A stretch of 64,000 nucleotides of DNA. Source: the human T2T-CHM13v2.0 reference genome, Homo sapiens. The DNA is taken from NCBI RefSeq assembly GCF_009914755.1, contig NC_060938.1. One strand, given 5' to 3'. Below, piece by piece: positions 15,403 through 28,050 of this stretch; position 1 is the first letter of the stretch; every line of letters begins with the position of its first letter. The position numbers and the translations under genes were made by a program. The notes beneath the pieces were generated by a model. It was given only the letters and a program-made list of their open reading frames with translations, did no database searches and had not been told where the DNA came from.

Positions 15403-15916
15403 TGTATCAGTTATCTGTTATTGCATGATTAACTTATATAAAAACCTAGTGGCTTAAAATAATATTTATTCACCTAAGGCATCAGTGAGCCTCTTGCGTA
15501 GTTCTCTTTTATTTTAAACTAAAATCAGCTGTGTGTCATTTTAGCCTCCACTAATTTTGTCTGGCTTCTGCTGGGGCTCATTCACATGTCTGATGATTGG
15601 CTGACTGCCATTCTTGGGTGACTGACATGACTAGGACACCTCTCTTGCATCATCCAGTAGGCCAGTTTTGTTTTGCATTCATAGCACAGCAGGAGTACAA
15701 GAGAAAAATTGGAAGGACTCAGATCTCGTAGGGCCTAAGCTTGCAAGTGGCACACAACTTCATACTGCAGGCCAGATTAAGTCATGTGGCCGGCACAGAG
15801 ACGAGGATGGGAAAAGAGAATCACCTTTTGATGGAAGTTGAAAACTCACATTAAATAGGGTGTACATACAGGGAGAGATGAAACATTAGAAAAATTTCTG
15901 CAATAAATCTACAACA
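15403..15916 (-). mobile_element. MLT1H-type MaLR solo LTR
   Basis: TGTATCAGTTATCT...AAAACCTAGTGGCTTAAAA...TTGATGGAAG...CAATAAATCTACAACA termini. Confidence 0.75.
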
Positions 15917-16054
15917 CATAATTTGGGTAAAACTGTGCAATTTTGTTGTTCTTTGAGATAAGTAAATAAAAAGCCAATCCTAGAGAAGTAGTTTAACCCT
16001 GAAGAAATTGAAGACCACAAGAGAAACACTAAAAATAAAAAAGAAAATGAGCAC

Positions 16055-16285
16055 TAATTTTTTTTTTATTGCCTGCTTTGAGGTACAGTGTGTCCTTAAC
16101 ACATTTGATTTATTGGGTCATAAGATTCTCCCTATGACCACCCCCAAGATAAGATGTTATATCTATTACTTTTCAAATGAAGACTCTTAAATAAGAGAGT
16201 TTTAACTATGTCACTTGTTAATGAGTGGCTATACCACAATTCTAATTCAATTCAAAAATTCATGTTCTTTAATTGAACACACTGC
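16055..16285 (-). mobile_element. MIR
   Basis: Degenerate MIR core (TTTTCAAATGAAGAC...GTCACTTGTTAATGAGTGGC). Confidence 0.5.
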
Positions 16286-16446
16286 TGCTGAGGGCTGTAC
16301 TTCTGTCTTCTCGGTTGTTTACCTAATTCCCCAACAGAACAGTAAGTCTTAGGAGACAGAGATCTTGCATCCTTTTATAATCATCTATTACCTCTAGTAG
16401 AATGATTCTACTGGTTTACAAGTACGAGTATGTTCAAATGTATTAT

Positions 16447-16768
<322 letters not shown>

Positions 16769-17592
16769 TAAAAACAAAAACAAAATCAGAAAACCTCTCA
16801 ATTCGTTGGATTCCAAATAACAAATAGAAAAGCCTGTATAAATGGGTCTTTAAAAAAAGAGTCATTTTTTTTAAAAGAAATGTTCTTGGCATCAACAAGG
16901 ACACAATAACAGTATTTCCACCTTTATGATTATAGTGTCAAAGCTCATAAACTGTGGTACAATTTATAGGGATAAAAAGCAAAGTTAGTAACAGTGAGTG
17001 GTAGGGGATGCAGTCTTTCACTATAGTTCCAAACTGAATAATTCTGTAATAAGGTAGTGAATAAAAAAATATGTTTCCATCAAGTTATCCTATTCACGAA
17101 AGACAGATCTTTTCAGTGTGGTCCCCAGGAAGATGAGGTAGCTGCAGGAAATCTTGGTTACTCCTGCTTTTTCTCCCTTTTGTTCAGGAGGCAGAAAAAA
17201 ATCTTCCCAAATGAACCCTTTAAATATGAAACGATCACCAGAGGCTAATTGAAACAACAGACAATTGAAACAAATTATGCATTCTTCCCTTAGATAAGAG
17301 ACTTAAATCATAAATTCTTCAAGACTAGAAAGTGTGAAATAAATTGAAATGCAACTAAGTGTCAGAATTAATGATATTTCCAAGTTATTTATTGTGTAAT
17401 CTCTTGAAATGCTTTGAGGTTTTGGGAACTCTGGATTTATCTTAATCAAATGTATATAAATTAAAAAAAAATTTTTTTAACGTAGTCCTTATCGTTAGCT
17501 TCTCAATGCCTACCTGAAAATGCAAAATGCAAGCCTTTCTTTTTCTCTGCTTCCTGCCCCCACCCCGCATCAACCCATTCTTTCTTAACTAG

Positions 17593-17689
17593 CATTTGGT
17601 TTAGCAGTAGGGAGGACAGCATGACTTGCTTCAAACCATGCTAAATCATTTGGTTTAGCAGTAGCCTGGACAGCACCCCTTGCTTCAAA
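17593..17689. repeat. Two-copy direct repeat of a 43-bp unit (period 54)
   Basis: CATTTGGTTTAGCAGTAG-gga/cct-GGACAGCA-tga/ccc-CTTGCTTCAAA at 17593-17635 and 17647-17689. Confidence 0.92.
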
Positions 17690-18505
17690 GCAACAAGTCA
17701 GTTCTATCTTCCTTTGCTATTATTATGTGAAATATATTGAAACAGATAATTATATTGAGTCTCATGCTGGAATCTGCATAATGTTCACAAAAATTTGCTG
17801 GTGCAGTCACCTCCAAGAGCTGAGGAACTGCTGCTGTTAATAAGTTGTTCAGTGCCAATGGACATTGACATGATTTGTTTGGTTGCCACTTTGTTCTGTC
17901 AAATAAGTCTGTGATTGGCTAACGTGACTGATGCATCCAAGGTCAGGGGCCTGCGATAGGACCTAGTGAGGGACATTGTGCATTTGTCTCCATTGATCTA
18001 TTCAGCAGGACTCGATAATACTCTGACACATGTAGACACTGGGTAAATAAAAAAATGTTCCTATTTCTTGAGAAATAGTTGGAGCTAATGGGTGGCATAA
18101 AATGCCAAGTTCTTCTAAACAAATCAAACTTTATATTTCTTTTATAAAATTTTGGTTTAGATAGAACAAATATCTAGATATACTTTGAGATAAAACATAC
18201 TTAAGTATGCAGATGCCAAAAGCTCAGTGGAACAATTTAACATGTTATAAAAGGAAGGTATATCATCTACCTTCAGAGTCATTGTCAATACTTTAATAAT
18301 AAAAAAACCTGTTTATGAAACAGCAATTTATTAAAGATGAAAATGATACAGTATATATCTTCCCAAACTTCAGGGAAATTAAATCAACTTATTTCTTTGA
18401 GGTGGACTGAGATGTATCATTTGATTTGGTTTTATGTATTATAAATTCAAGAGAGAATCTCTGATCCTAATGCTACTTAATAGGAATCTAATTATCTAAA
18501 AATAC

Positions 18506-18891
18506 TGAATAAAGAAAATGTGGCACATATACACTTTGGAATACTATGCAGCCATAAAAAAGAATGAGTTCATGTCCTTTGCAGGGACATGGATGAAGCT
18601 GGAAACCATCATTCTTAGCAAACTAACATAAGAACAGAAACCAAACACCACATATTCTCACTCATAAGTGGGAGTTTAACAATGAGAACACATGGACACA
18701 GGCAGGGGAACATCACACACCATGTCCTGTCGTGGGGGTGGGGGCCTAAGGGAGGGATAGCATTAGGAGAAATACCTAATGTAGATGACGGGTTGATAGG
18801 TGCAGCAAACCACCATGGCACCTGTATACCTATGTAACAAACCTGCACGTTCTGCACATGGATCCCAGAACTTAAAGTATAATTTTAAAAA
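18506..18891 (+). mobile_element. 5'-truncated L1PA (L1PA7-like) 3' end
   Basis: AAAGAAAATGTGGCACATATACAC...CCTAATGTAGATGACGGGTTG...CCCAGAACTTAAAGTATAAT. Confidence 0.95.
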
Positions 18892-18893
18892 CT

Positions 18894-19084
18894 GTATATA
18901 TATATGTGTGTGTATATATATATATATGTGTGTGTGTGTGTATATATATATATATGTGTATATATATGTGTATATATGTGTATATATATGTGTATATATG
19001 TGTATATATATGTGTGTATATATATACATATATACACACTAGAAAGAAACAAACATGTCCTACAAAAATAATACATATATGTGG

Positions 19085-19120
<36 letters not shown>

Positions 19121-19129
19121 GTATGTATG

Positions 19130-19160
<31 letters not shown>

Positions 19161-19214
19161 GTATATGTATATATACACTAGAAAGAAACAAAGAAACATG
19201 TCCTACAAAAATAA
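18894..19214. repeat. Compound (TA)n/(TG)n microsatellite with a duplicated unique spacer
   Basis: TA/TG arrays. CACTAGAAAGAAAC...ACATGTCCTACAAAAATAA occurs twice. Confidence 0.95.
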
Positions 19215-20722
19215 AAAGGTTAATTTAGTGCCAGAAGCAAACAATGTAGACTACCACTTCAGGACTCAAGGAATTTGCTAAATTTCCATTCCAATATTAG
19301 GCAAGAGTTTCTTGGAGATAAAAGCCGTGATTTCGTACGAGCTAGTGTCATGTCACACTATGTGTAAATCCACCAAGTTAATGTCATAATAAAGTTGTAC
19401 AACTTCAAAGGAATTACATAAATAAGCAACCTTACCAAGAAATGCACTTCCTTATACATTAGTCAAGATCAAGTCCTGTGGTTGGAAAAATCAGTTATTT
19501 TCTGTTATAAAAATTTGGGTTACATTTTTTAAAATCTTACCATTAGGAAATGTCTGAGTGGGCATGTCTGACTTGATGAGCATATATTAAACCATCATGA
19601 CTGCCTTGTATATGTTGTCTAGACTTGATTATAAATTCCAAAAAAAGCAGGAAAAGTGTATCATTGTAAGTTGAAATTCTAGGCCATTCTGCCAATATTT
19701 AAAGAAAATGAACCTTTTCTTAATTATAAAGTAAGCAAATGTCCCATTGGCATGTCTCATTTCACGTTCTTCATCTCCTCAGTACCTCTTTCTCCCCACC
19801 ACCATTGCATATTTTGATATAGGCAATGCCTAAGCAAGTTTTAGCTGTAGCCATATGTCTGCCTTATGTTTTAACGAGCCACTCTTACTACTGCAGAAAA
19901 CTAAAAGGAAAATAATAACTGAGTTTTTATATTTTGTCTTCTGCTAACTTTTATCGAAACTTCAATAAAGAGTTCATATAAAAATCTTTCTGTTGATAGC
20001 CAAGTAAGATGTGTAGTTTAGTTAACACTCTTTTATTATTTTTGATTTCCTGTTTTCAGTGATGTAAGATTTTATATTTACAGCATATTTATGTACATTA
20101 CATATATACATTACATATTATATTTTATATTTACTGGGTGTAAAGTATAGAGAGACATTTGATTCCACTTCTTGTACATCTTAAATTATTTCAAAATAAA
20201 AAATGAAACCGTCTATTGCACACGTAGCGTTGGGCATGTTCACATGATATTACATCATTTAATTAAATTAATTTTAAAAAGGTAATTATTTTCTTATTCA
20301 GACAAATTGGTTTTTGTGAGGGGTCACACTTGAATTTCTAAATATTCTCATCAATAAATAAATGAAAAATCTATGGACCTGTGTCCATTCTGACAACAAA
20401 AATAATTATACTCCAAAAAATATTATCAATCAATCAGAAAAATCAGGTAATGTATTTCCACTGTAAGTCACTTTATCCTGACCAAAATAGGACAGTTCTG
20501 TTCTAACCTGCAACTCATTCCTCTTGATTTCAACTCCTAAGATTTTTTCAGATTCATTAGTTTTCTTGACTTTTTCATAGTCTACTTACATCAGCTTTGC
20601 CTAGAGACTGCCTTTGAATTGTTATTTGTACTTTTTGTCTTTCCTCCCTTATAATCACTTCCTCTTTCATAGTAATTTTAGTTTTCACACTGTAAATTGC
20701 TAGAAAATAGGAATTGAGATTA

Positions 20723-21483
20723 TGTATTTGCTTTAGGTTGGGTTCCCTAAGATGTAATTCCTGAGACAAGAATTTGAATTTGAAGGGATCAGGAGAAGTA
20801 CCTGTAGGGGAATGGCATCATGAAATAGGGAAAGGATACACAGCTCAATCTCTCTGTGAAGGAAGCAATGCAGAATATACCTCAGAGCTACCTATAGGGA
20901 GAGAAAACCAGGATGTTTATTTTTAAGTTGATCCAGCACTGGTGGAGGGCTGCTCCTGGGAAGGAGAAACTACTAGTAGTCCAGGAGTGGGTGAAATGGA
21001 AGAAGGATGTCAAGAAGAGTTTTTCATATTCTTGCAGTAAGCTGCTGTCAGCAACTATGTGACTGGTGAGGGCTGAGGGGAAAAAGGCAGATGTATTAGT
21101 TTGTTCTCATGGTGCTAATAAAGATATACCTGAGACTGGGTAATTTATAAATGAAAGAGGTTTAACTGGCTCACAGTTCCACATGTCTGGGGAGGCCTCA
21201 CAATCATGTCAGAAGGCAAATGAGGAGCAAAATCACGTCTTACATGGTGGCAAGCAAGAGAGCTTGTGCATGGGAACTCCCCTCTGTAAAACCATCATAT
21301 CTTGTGAGACTTATTCACTATCACAAGAACAGCACGGGAAAACCCATCCCCCATGATTCAATTACTTCCCACCAGGTGCCTTGCATGACACTTGTGGATT
21401 ATTGGAGCTGTAATTCAAGATGAGATTTGAGGGGAAACACAGCAAAACCACATCAGCATGTCAACAACAGTGTTTGCTATAAC
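20723..21483 (-). mobile_element. LTR33-like ERVL LTR, interrupted by THE1
   Basis: TTAGGTTGGGTTCCC...CCTGAGACAAGAATTTGA...GAGGGCTGCTCCTGGG. Terminal CAACAGTGTTTGCTATA lies after the THE1. Confidence 0.65.
21092..21455 (-). mobile_element. THE1B/C solo LTR
   Basis: TGTATTAGT...GGGGAGGCCTCACAATCATG...AACCACATCA. Confidence 0.92.
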
Positions 21484-21639
21484 ATTATTTTGCACACTAT
21501 TGTCTAACACAATGCATGACATAACAGGCAGGAAAAAATTACTTATATTATAGCTCAAATGGTAATCTTTATATAAATGTAGCTTAGAAAGCAGTAGAAA
21601 AAATAAACCCCTAGGCATGCCAGGATACAACAGACTTAT

Positions 21640-22006
<367 letters not shown>

Positions 22007-22487
22007 CTACAGTTCATAAATTTTCCTCTTATTAGGAAGGTAAACATTTCCCAATATGGATGGGTTCAAGCTTTTTTTAAGCATGGAGGTTGAAAAGAAC
22101 ATAAATAATATTTTAGTTAAGGTAATACTTTTCAACCTCAAGCACTATTGCTTTTAAACTTACCTATTTTTGCCTCCAGTTTTATATTGAAATGTATTGT
22201 CATAGAGCTATGATGTAGATTATAACTTTCTTACAGGTAGCAATTGCATCTTATTCCTCTAGCATCTGTTTTGGACATACTAGGTGGTCAAACAAATGTG
22301 CTTCAAACTAATTTGTTATTAGATCTGGTTAACTCTATATGTTTGGCTTCAATCAAATAGAAGGCAGACATATCAGTCAAAAATGCACAGAAAAAAATAA
22401 CAGTTAAAAACATTCATGTTCTCTTTCTACTCTTTTTATTCTATGATTATTCTTTCCTCAGCCAACTCATGTCCAAATACCAAAATA

Positions 22488-22761
22488 CTTTTTTTTTTTT
22501 GGAGACTGAGTTTTCTTCTTGTCGCCCAGCTGGAGTGCAATGGTGCAATCTTGGCTCACCACAACCTCCGCCTCTCTGGTTCAACCCATTCTCCTGCCTC
22601 AGACTCCCGAGTAGCTGGGATTACAGGCCCATGTCACCACACAGGCTAATTTTTGTATTTTTAGTAGAGACGGGGTTTCACCATGTTGGCCAGGCTAGTC
22701 TTGAACTCCTGACCTCAGGTGATCCACCTACCTCAGTCTCCCAAAGTGCTGGTATTAGAGG
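22488..22761 (-). mobile_element. AluSq/Sp-like, slightly 5'-truncated
   Basis: Antisense Alu with T tail. Confidence 0.94.
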
Positions 22762-23123
22762 CCCAAAAGACCTTTGCTTTTGGTATATATTTGTCTAACT
22801 TGAGCTTTTCATTACTTCACAAAAGCTCCTTCTGTTTCTGACGAAATAGGAGAGGGACTTCTAGGAGAATAGGAAAGTGATGTGCAACTTGAAAAGAGAG
22901 TGCTGAATTGTGTCACCTGGGCAATATAACACAGTGAAACTAATCAGGACCCTGAGAAGAAGTCAACTCTGTTGCCCATGATCTGAAATTGGTCCATGTC
23001 ATACCCCATTAGGGTCAGTGGGCAGTGACAAAGGGGATGAACGTTGTAATCAGTGGTGCTGTGTTCTACGCTGCCACTTAGTTTCCTGATCTCTAAGTGT
23101 TATTTTCTTCATCTGTATCCATC

Positions 23124-25476
23124 TGATACGGTTTGGTTCTGTGTCCCCTTCTATAATTCCCGTGTATTGTGGGAGGGACCCGGTGCGAGATGATTGAGTC
23201 ATGGGAGCGGGTCTTTCCGATGCTGCTCTCGTGATACTGAATGGGTCTCATGAGATCTGATTGTGTTAAAAACGAAGTTTCTCTACACAAGCTCTCTCTT
23301 TGCCTGCTGCCATCCACATAAGATGTGACTTGCTCCTCCTTGCCTTCCACCATGATTGTGAGGCCTCCCCAGCCATGTGGAACTGTAAGTCCATTAAACC
23401 TCTTTCTTTTGTAAAATGCCCAGTCTCAGGTATGTCTTTATCAGCAGCATGAAAACGAACTAATACAGTAAACGGGTACCAGTACAGTGGGATGCTGCTG
23501 TAAAGATACCTGAAAATGTGGAAGCGACTTTGGAACTGGGTAACAGGCAGAGGCTGGAACCATTTGGAGGGCTTAGAAGAAGACAGGAAAATGTGGGAAA
23601 GTTTGAAAGTCCCTAGAGACTAGCTGAATGGCTTTGACAAAAATGACAGTGATATGAACAATAAGGTTCAGGCTGAGATGGTCTCAGATGAAGATGAGGA
23701 ACTTGTTGGGAACTGGAGCAAAGGTGAGTCTTGTTATATTTAAGCAAAGAGACTGGTGACATTTTGCTCCTGCCCTCAAGATTTGTGGAACTTTGAACAT
23801 GAGAGAGATAATTTAGGGTATCTGGCAGAAGAAATTTCTAAGCAGCAAAGCATTCTTGGATGACTTGGGTAATATTAAAGGCATTCAGTTTTATAAGGGA
23901 AACAGAGCATAAAAGTTTGGAAATTTTGCAGCCTGACAATGCAATAGAAGATAAAATCCCATTTTCTGAGGTGAAATTCAAGCCAGCTGCAGAAATTTGC
24001 ATAAGTAATGAGGCGCCAAATGTTAATCCCCAAGACAATGGGGAAAATGCCTCCAGGACATGTCAGAGGTCTTCATGACAGCCTCTCCAATCACAGGCTC
24101 AGAGCCCTAGGAGGAAAAAGTGGTTTCCTGTACTGGACCCAGGGTCCCTGTTCTCTGTGCAGCCTAGGAACTTGGTGCCTTGTGTCCCAGCTGCTCCAGC
24201 CATTGCTGAAAGGGGCCAACGAAGAGCTTGGGCTGTGACTTCAGAGGGTGGAAGCCTCAAGCCTTGGCAGCTTCCATGTGGTGTTGAGCCTGTGAGTGCA
24301 CAGAAGTTAAGAATTGAGGTTCGGGAACCTCTGCGTAGATTTCAGATGTATGAAAACGCCTGGATGCCCAGGCAGAAGTTTGCTGTAGGGGCGGGATCCT
24401 CATGGAAAACCGCTGCTAAGGCAGTGCAGAAGGGAAATGTGGGATGAGAGCCCCCACATAGAGTCTCTGCTGGGGCACCGCCTAGTGGAGCTGTGAGAAG
24501 AGGGCCACCATCCTTCAGACCCCAGAATAGTAGATCCACTGACAATTTGCACCCTGTGCCTGGAAAAGCCACAGACACTCAATGCCAGCCCATGAAAGCA
24601 GCCGGGAGGGAGGCTGTAACCTGCAAAGCCACAGGGGCTGAGCTGCCCAAGACCATGGGAACCCACCTCCTGCATCAGTGAGATCTGGATATGAGACATG
24701 GAGTCAAAGGAGATCATTTTGGAGCTTTAAGATTTGACTGCCCTGCTGGATTTTGGACTTGCATGGGACCTGTGGCCCCTTTGTTTTGGCCAATGTTTCC
24801 CATTTGGAATGGCAGTATTTACCCAATACCTGTACCCCCATTAAATTTAGGAATTAATTAGCTTGCTTTTGATTTTACAGGCTTGTAGACAGAAGGGACT
24901 TGCCTTGTCTCAGTTGAGACATTGGACTGTAAACTTTTGAGTTAATGCTGAAATGAGTTAAGGCTTTGGGGGACTGTTGGGAAGGCAAGATTGTTCTGAA
25001 ATGTAAAGATAAGAGATTTGGGAGGGGCCAGGGGCAGAATGATGTGACTGTTGGGAAGGCAAGATTGTTCTGAAATGTAAAGATAAGAGATTTGGGAGGG
25101 GCCGGGGCAGAATGATGTGGTTTGTCTCTGTGCCTCCACCCAAATCTCATCTTGTAGCTCACATAATTCTCATGTGTTGTGGGGGGGACCCAGTGGGACA
25201 TGATTGAATCATGGGGTGAATCCTTCCCGTGCTGCTCTCATGATAGTGAATGGGTCTCACAAGATATGATGGTGTTAAAAACGGAATTTCTCTGCACAAG
25301 CTGTCTTTTTGCCTGCTACCATCCATGTAGGATGTGACTTGCTCCTCCTTGCCTTCTGCCGTGATTGTGAGGGCTCCCTAGCCAGGTGGAACTGTAAGCC
25401 CAATAAACCTCTTTCTTTTGTAAATTGCCCAGTCTCAGGTAGGTCTTTATCAGCAGTGTGAAAACAGACTAATACA
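23124..25476 (+). mobile_element. Complete THE1A-type provirus: LTR 23124-23467, internal, LTR 25113-25476
   Basis: TG...CA LTRs with THE1A-type AAACCTCTTTCTTTTGTAAAWTGCCCAG. Perfect 5-bp TSD CCATC at 23119-23123 and 25477-25481. Confidence 0.96.
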
Positions 25477-26599
25477 CCATCTCATGGTAAATTTCTGATA
25501 AAAAATGGGGAAATGCATTAACATCCCCAAACTCATGCATGGCACATAAGAGATACCTGATATATATGAACATTTTACTTAACTTCCTGAGGTTATGCTA
25601 GTGTATTTCCAAATAAGTTTCTGCCTATGGTTATGTCCTGTTTCTATTCACTTTGTCCTGCAATATCACTTCAGGTCTTACCATAATGATCCTATAAACT
25701 TGTGACCCACCAACCTGCATCTCAGCTTGGCTTCTTTTGAATATGCCTTCAAGTTGATGCCTATCTGTACTCAAATGAGCCTGTCAGTGGAAGCAGAGGA
25801 AACTACCTTTACTCCTTCACTCTTAATCCTCCAGCCTGGTGGAGGATTCATGAATCCACTCACCAAGTGGGAGTGGACTTATGTTGAATCACTAGGCTTC
25901 TGAATCTAAGGTTTCGTTAGCTGCATTAAAAGCATGGGCAACTCTTGGCCAGAGCTGATTATGGACCTGAAAGACACAATCCAGAATACTATAGTCCCAA
26001 ATGTTTAAATCTTGTAAGCCAGATTCTAAGATAAGATTAGTATGTTTTTGGCTACATGCAGAATAATTGTATCATGTTTTTTTCTTTTTATTTTTTCTCT
26101 TAGCAAAAAGAATGAGCTTGAAATCCATTGTGTTAGTTGCATCATGTTAGGTTTAGCTATACCTTTTTATTGTCTTTATTTGGAAATTAAGTATGGTTTA
26201 AGGAGATGCATATGAGTGCCAAGTCAACAAGGGGTAGACTTGTCAATTTAATTTTAGGTGTCAATTTGACTGGATTACCTAGAATACCTAGACACCTGGT
26301 AAAACAGGTTAGGTGTGTCTCTGATGATGTCTCCAGAGGAGACTGGTGTGTAAGTCTGAGTGAACTAGGTGGGGAAGACCTTCCTTCAATGTTTTGAGGG
26401 GCATAGAAGTAAAAATGCAGTAAAAAAAATACAAGAAATATCCCCTATCAAATTATTCAGTCATGGATGATTTCTGCCCCTGCACACTTAATGCCAAGCT
26501 TGCCTTTTTAAAAAAATGTCCTTGGTCAGAGAATAAAAAGTTTATGATGAGTTCAGCAACCTTGTGAACCAAAGACACTTGCTGATATAGAAGTTCTTG

Positions 26600-28050
26600 C
26601 AGTGTTACGAAAGACATTAAATGGTGACCTATTCTTGGTTTAATTTTACCATTGAAGAAGTTAGAATTCTTATGTTTATCACTAAATTTAACACACAAAT
26701 AACTAGTGCATGTTTCACTTTGGCTAATGGATAGCATTTTCAAAACTGTCCCTACTGTTTTTTTCTTTTTTTTTTTTTTATCAACTCTATACAATTCTTG
26801 CCCCTGTTAGATCCAAAACTTTTAGAACATATCTGCTCTACTGATTTGTAGAACTTATCTGCTCACTTGTGTATTAATGATTGGAAAAAGCAAAGGATTT
26901 TGTAAACTCTTATATGAAGATTTGGTGGACTTGGCAGAATAAAATGGATTTCAATTTAATCCCCAAACTACAATGACAGATTTGGAATTAGGTTTAATCA
27001 AAGCTTCTAAAAGTGAATATCAAGGTTTAACCAATAATGTCTATTTTTTTTTCACTCAGCTCAATTCATTTGAAAAAAAATCCAGATGAGTGAATTGGTC
27101 ATGTGATATGGCAATGACAAGACTTCAGTTTAAAAATGAGTCATTTGTTTGCATTGGCATTCCTTCTAGTTGGTGATATTCCAGGAACTTTTATTGAGTT
27201 AAAACTGTATTTTTCTGAAGAAGGCAGTGAAGCTACTGATGTTAGAAAATAATCAGGTTCATAGGAAGGTAAAAAGACACTTTCACAACAGTGTTGCTTT
27301 TCGATTACCAGTATTGCTTTGTGAACCCAAAAGTATGTGAGATAGGTCTCAGTCAATTACAGAGTTTATTTTGCCAAAGTTAAGGATATGCCCATGTGAA
27401 AACCTCAGGGTGTCCTGATGACATGTGCCCAAGGTGATCAGGGTACAGATTGTCAAGGAGATATAATACGTCAATCAATACATGTATGATTTACATTGTT
27501 TCCATCTGGAAGAGCAGGACAACTCAAAGAGGGGTTGGGGTGGTGATTACAGGTCATAGGTAGATTTAAACATTTTCTGATTGGCAATTGATTGAAAGAG
27601 TTACTATCAATGGAAAAGAATGCCTGGGTTGTGGAGACGATGGTTTCATCCCTGCAGATGAAACCTCCAAGTAGCAGGCTTCGGAGAGAATAGATTGTAT
27701 TTGTTTCTTATCAGACTTAAGTTCTGTGTGGATGCTAATGCTGAAGGGGTATAATGAGGCATGTCTGACCTCTCTTTCATCATGACCTGGACTAGTTTTC
27801 CAGGTTGACTCTGAAATGCCCTTGGTGAAAAGGAGGGGTCCATTCAGATGGTTGGGGGGCCTTACAATTTTATTTTTGATTTACAGCTTCCACCAAATTT
27901 GTGGACTATATATGAGGGCATGTAAAATGCATTTCTACATACCAAAAATAACATAGAAGAATGCCACAGAATGTGTGAAAATTGAATAAGGGATGCTCAC
28001 ATTGGTGTATATAGAATTATAGAATTTCAAAAAGAGCAGCTCCATACAGA
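26600..28050 (+). pseudogene. Decayed MULE (Mutator-like) transposase of Ricksha
   Basis: Manual translation: WLMDSIFKTVP (from 26721; DGTF motif), FYQLYTI, PQTTMTDLELGLIKA...VYFF/HSAQ (TDxE and CxxH motifs), LALAFL-like, PPNLW, HTKNNIEECH (RTNNxxExxH). Contains stops and frameshifts, and is split by MER4. Confidence 0.8.
27320..27885 (-). mobile_element. MER4A-type ERV1 solo LTR nested in Ricksha
   Basis: TGTGAACCC...GACATGTGCCCAAGG...GGAGGGGTCCATTCAGATGGTTGGGGGGC...TTTACA. 4-bp TSD GCTT at 27316-27319 and 27886-27889. Confidence 0.92.

Noticed and set aside
17593-17689. CRISPR-like repeat-spacer
   Set aside because: Only two copies, an 11-bp gap, a primate context and no cas genes.
18763-19281. 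YI/HT-rich ORFs (also 57733-58500 and 13093-13338)
   Set aside because: Translations of TA/TG/TATC microsatellites.
19430-19650. Minus-strand splice-like signals suggesting exons
   Set aside because: The implied intron is under 40 nt and no recognisable peptide results.
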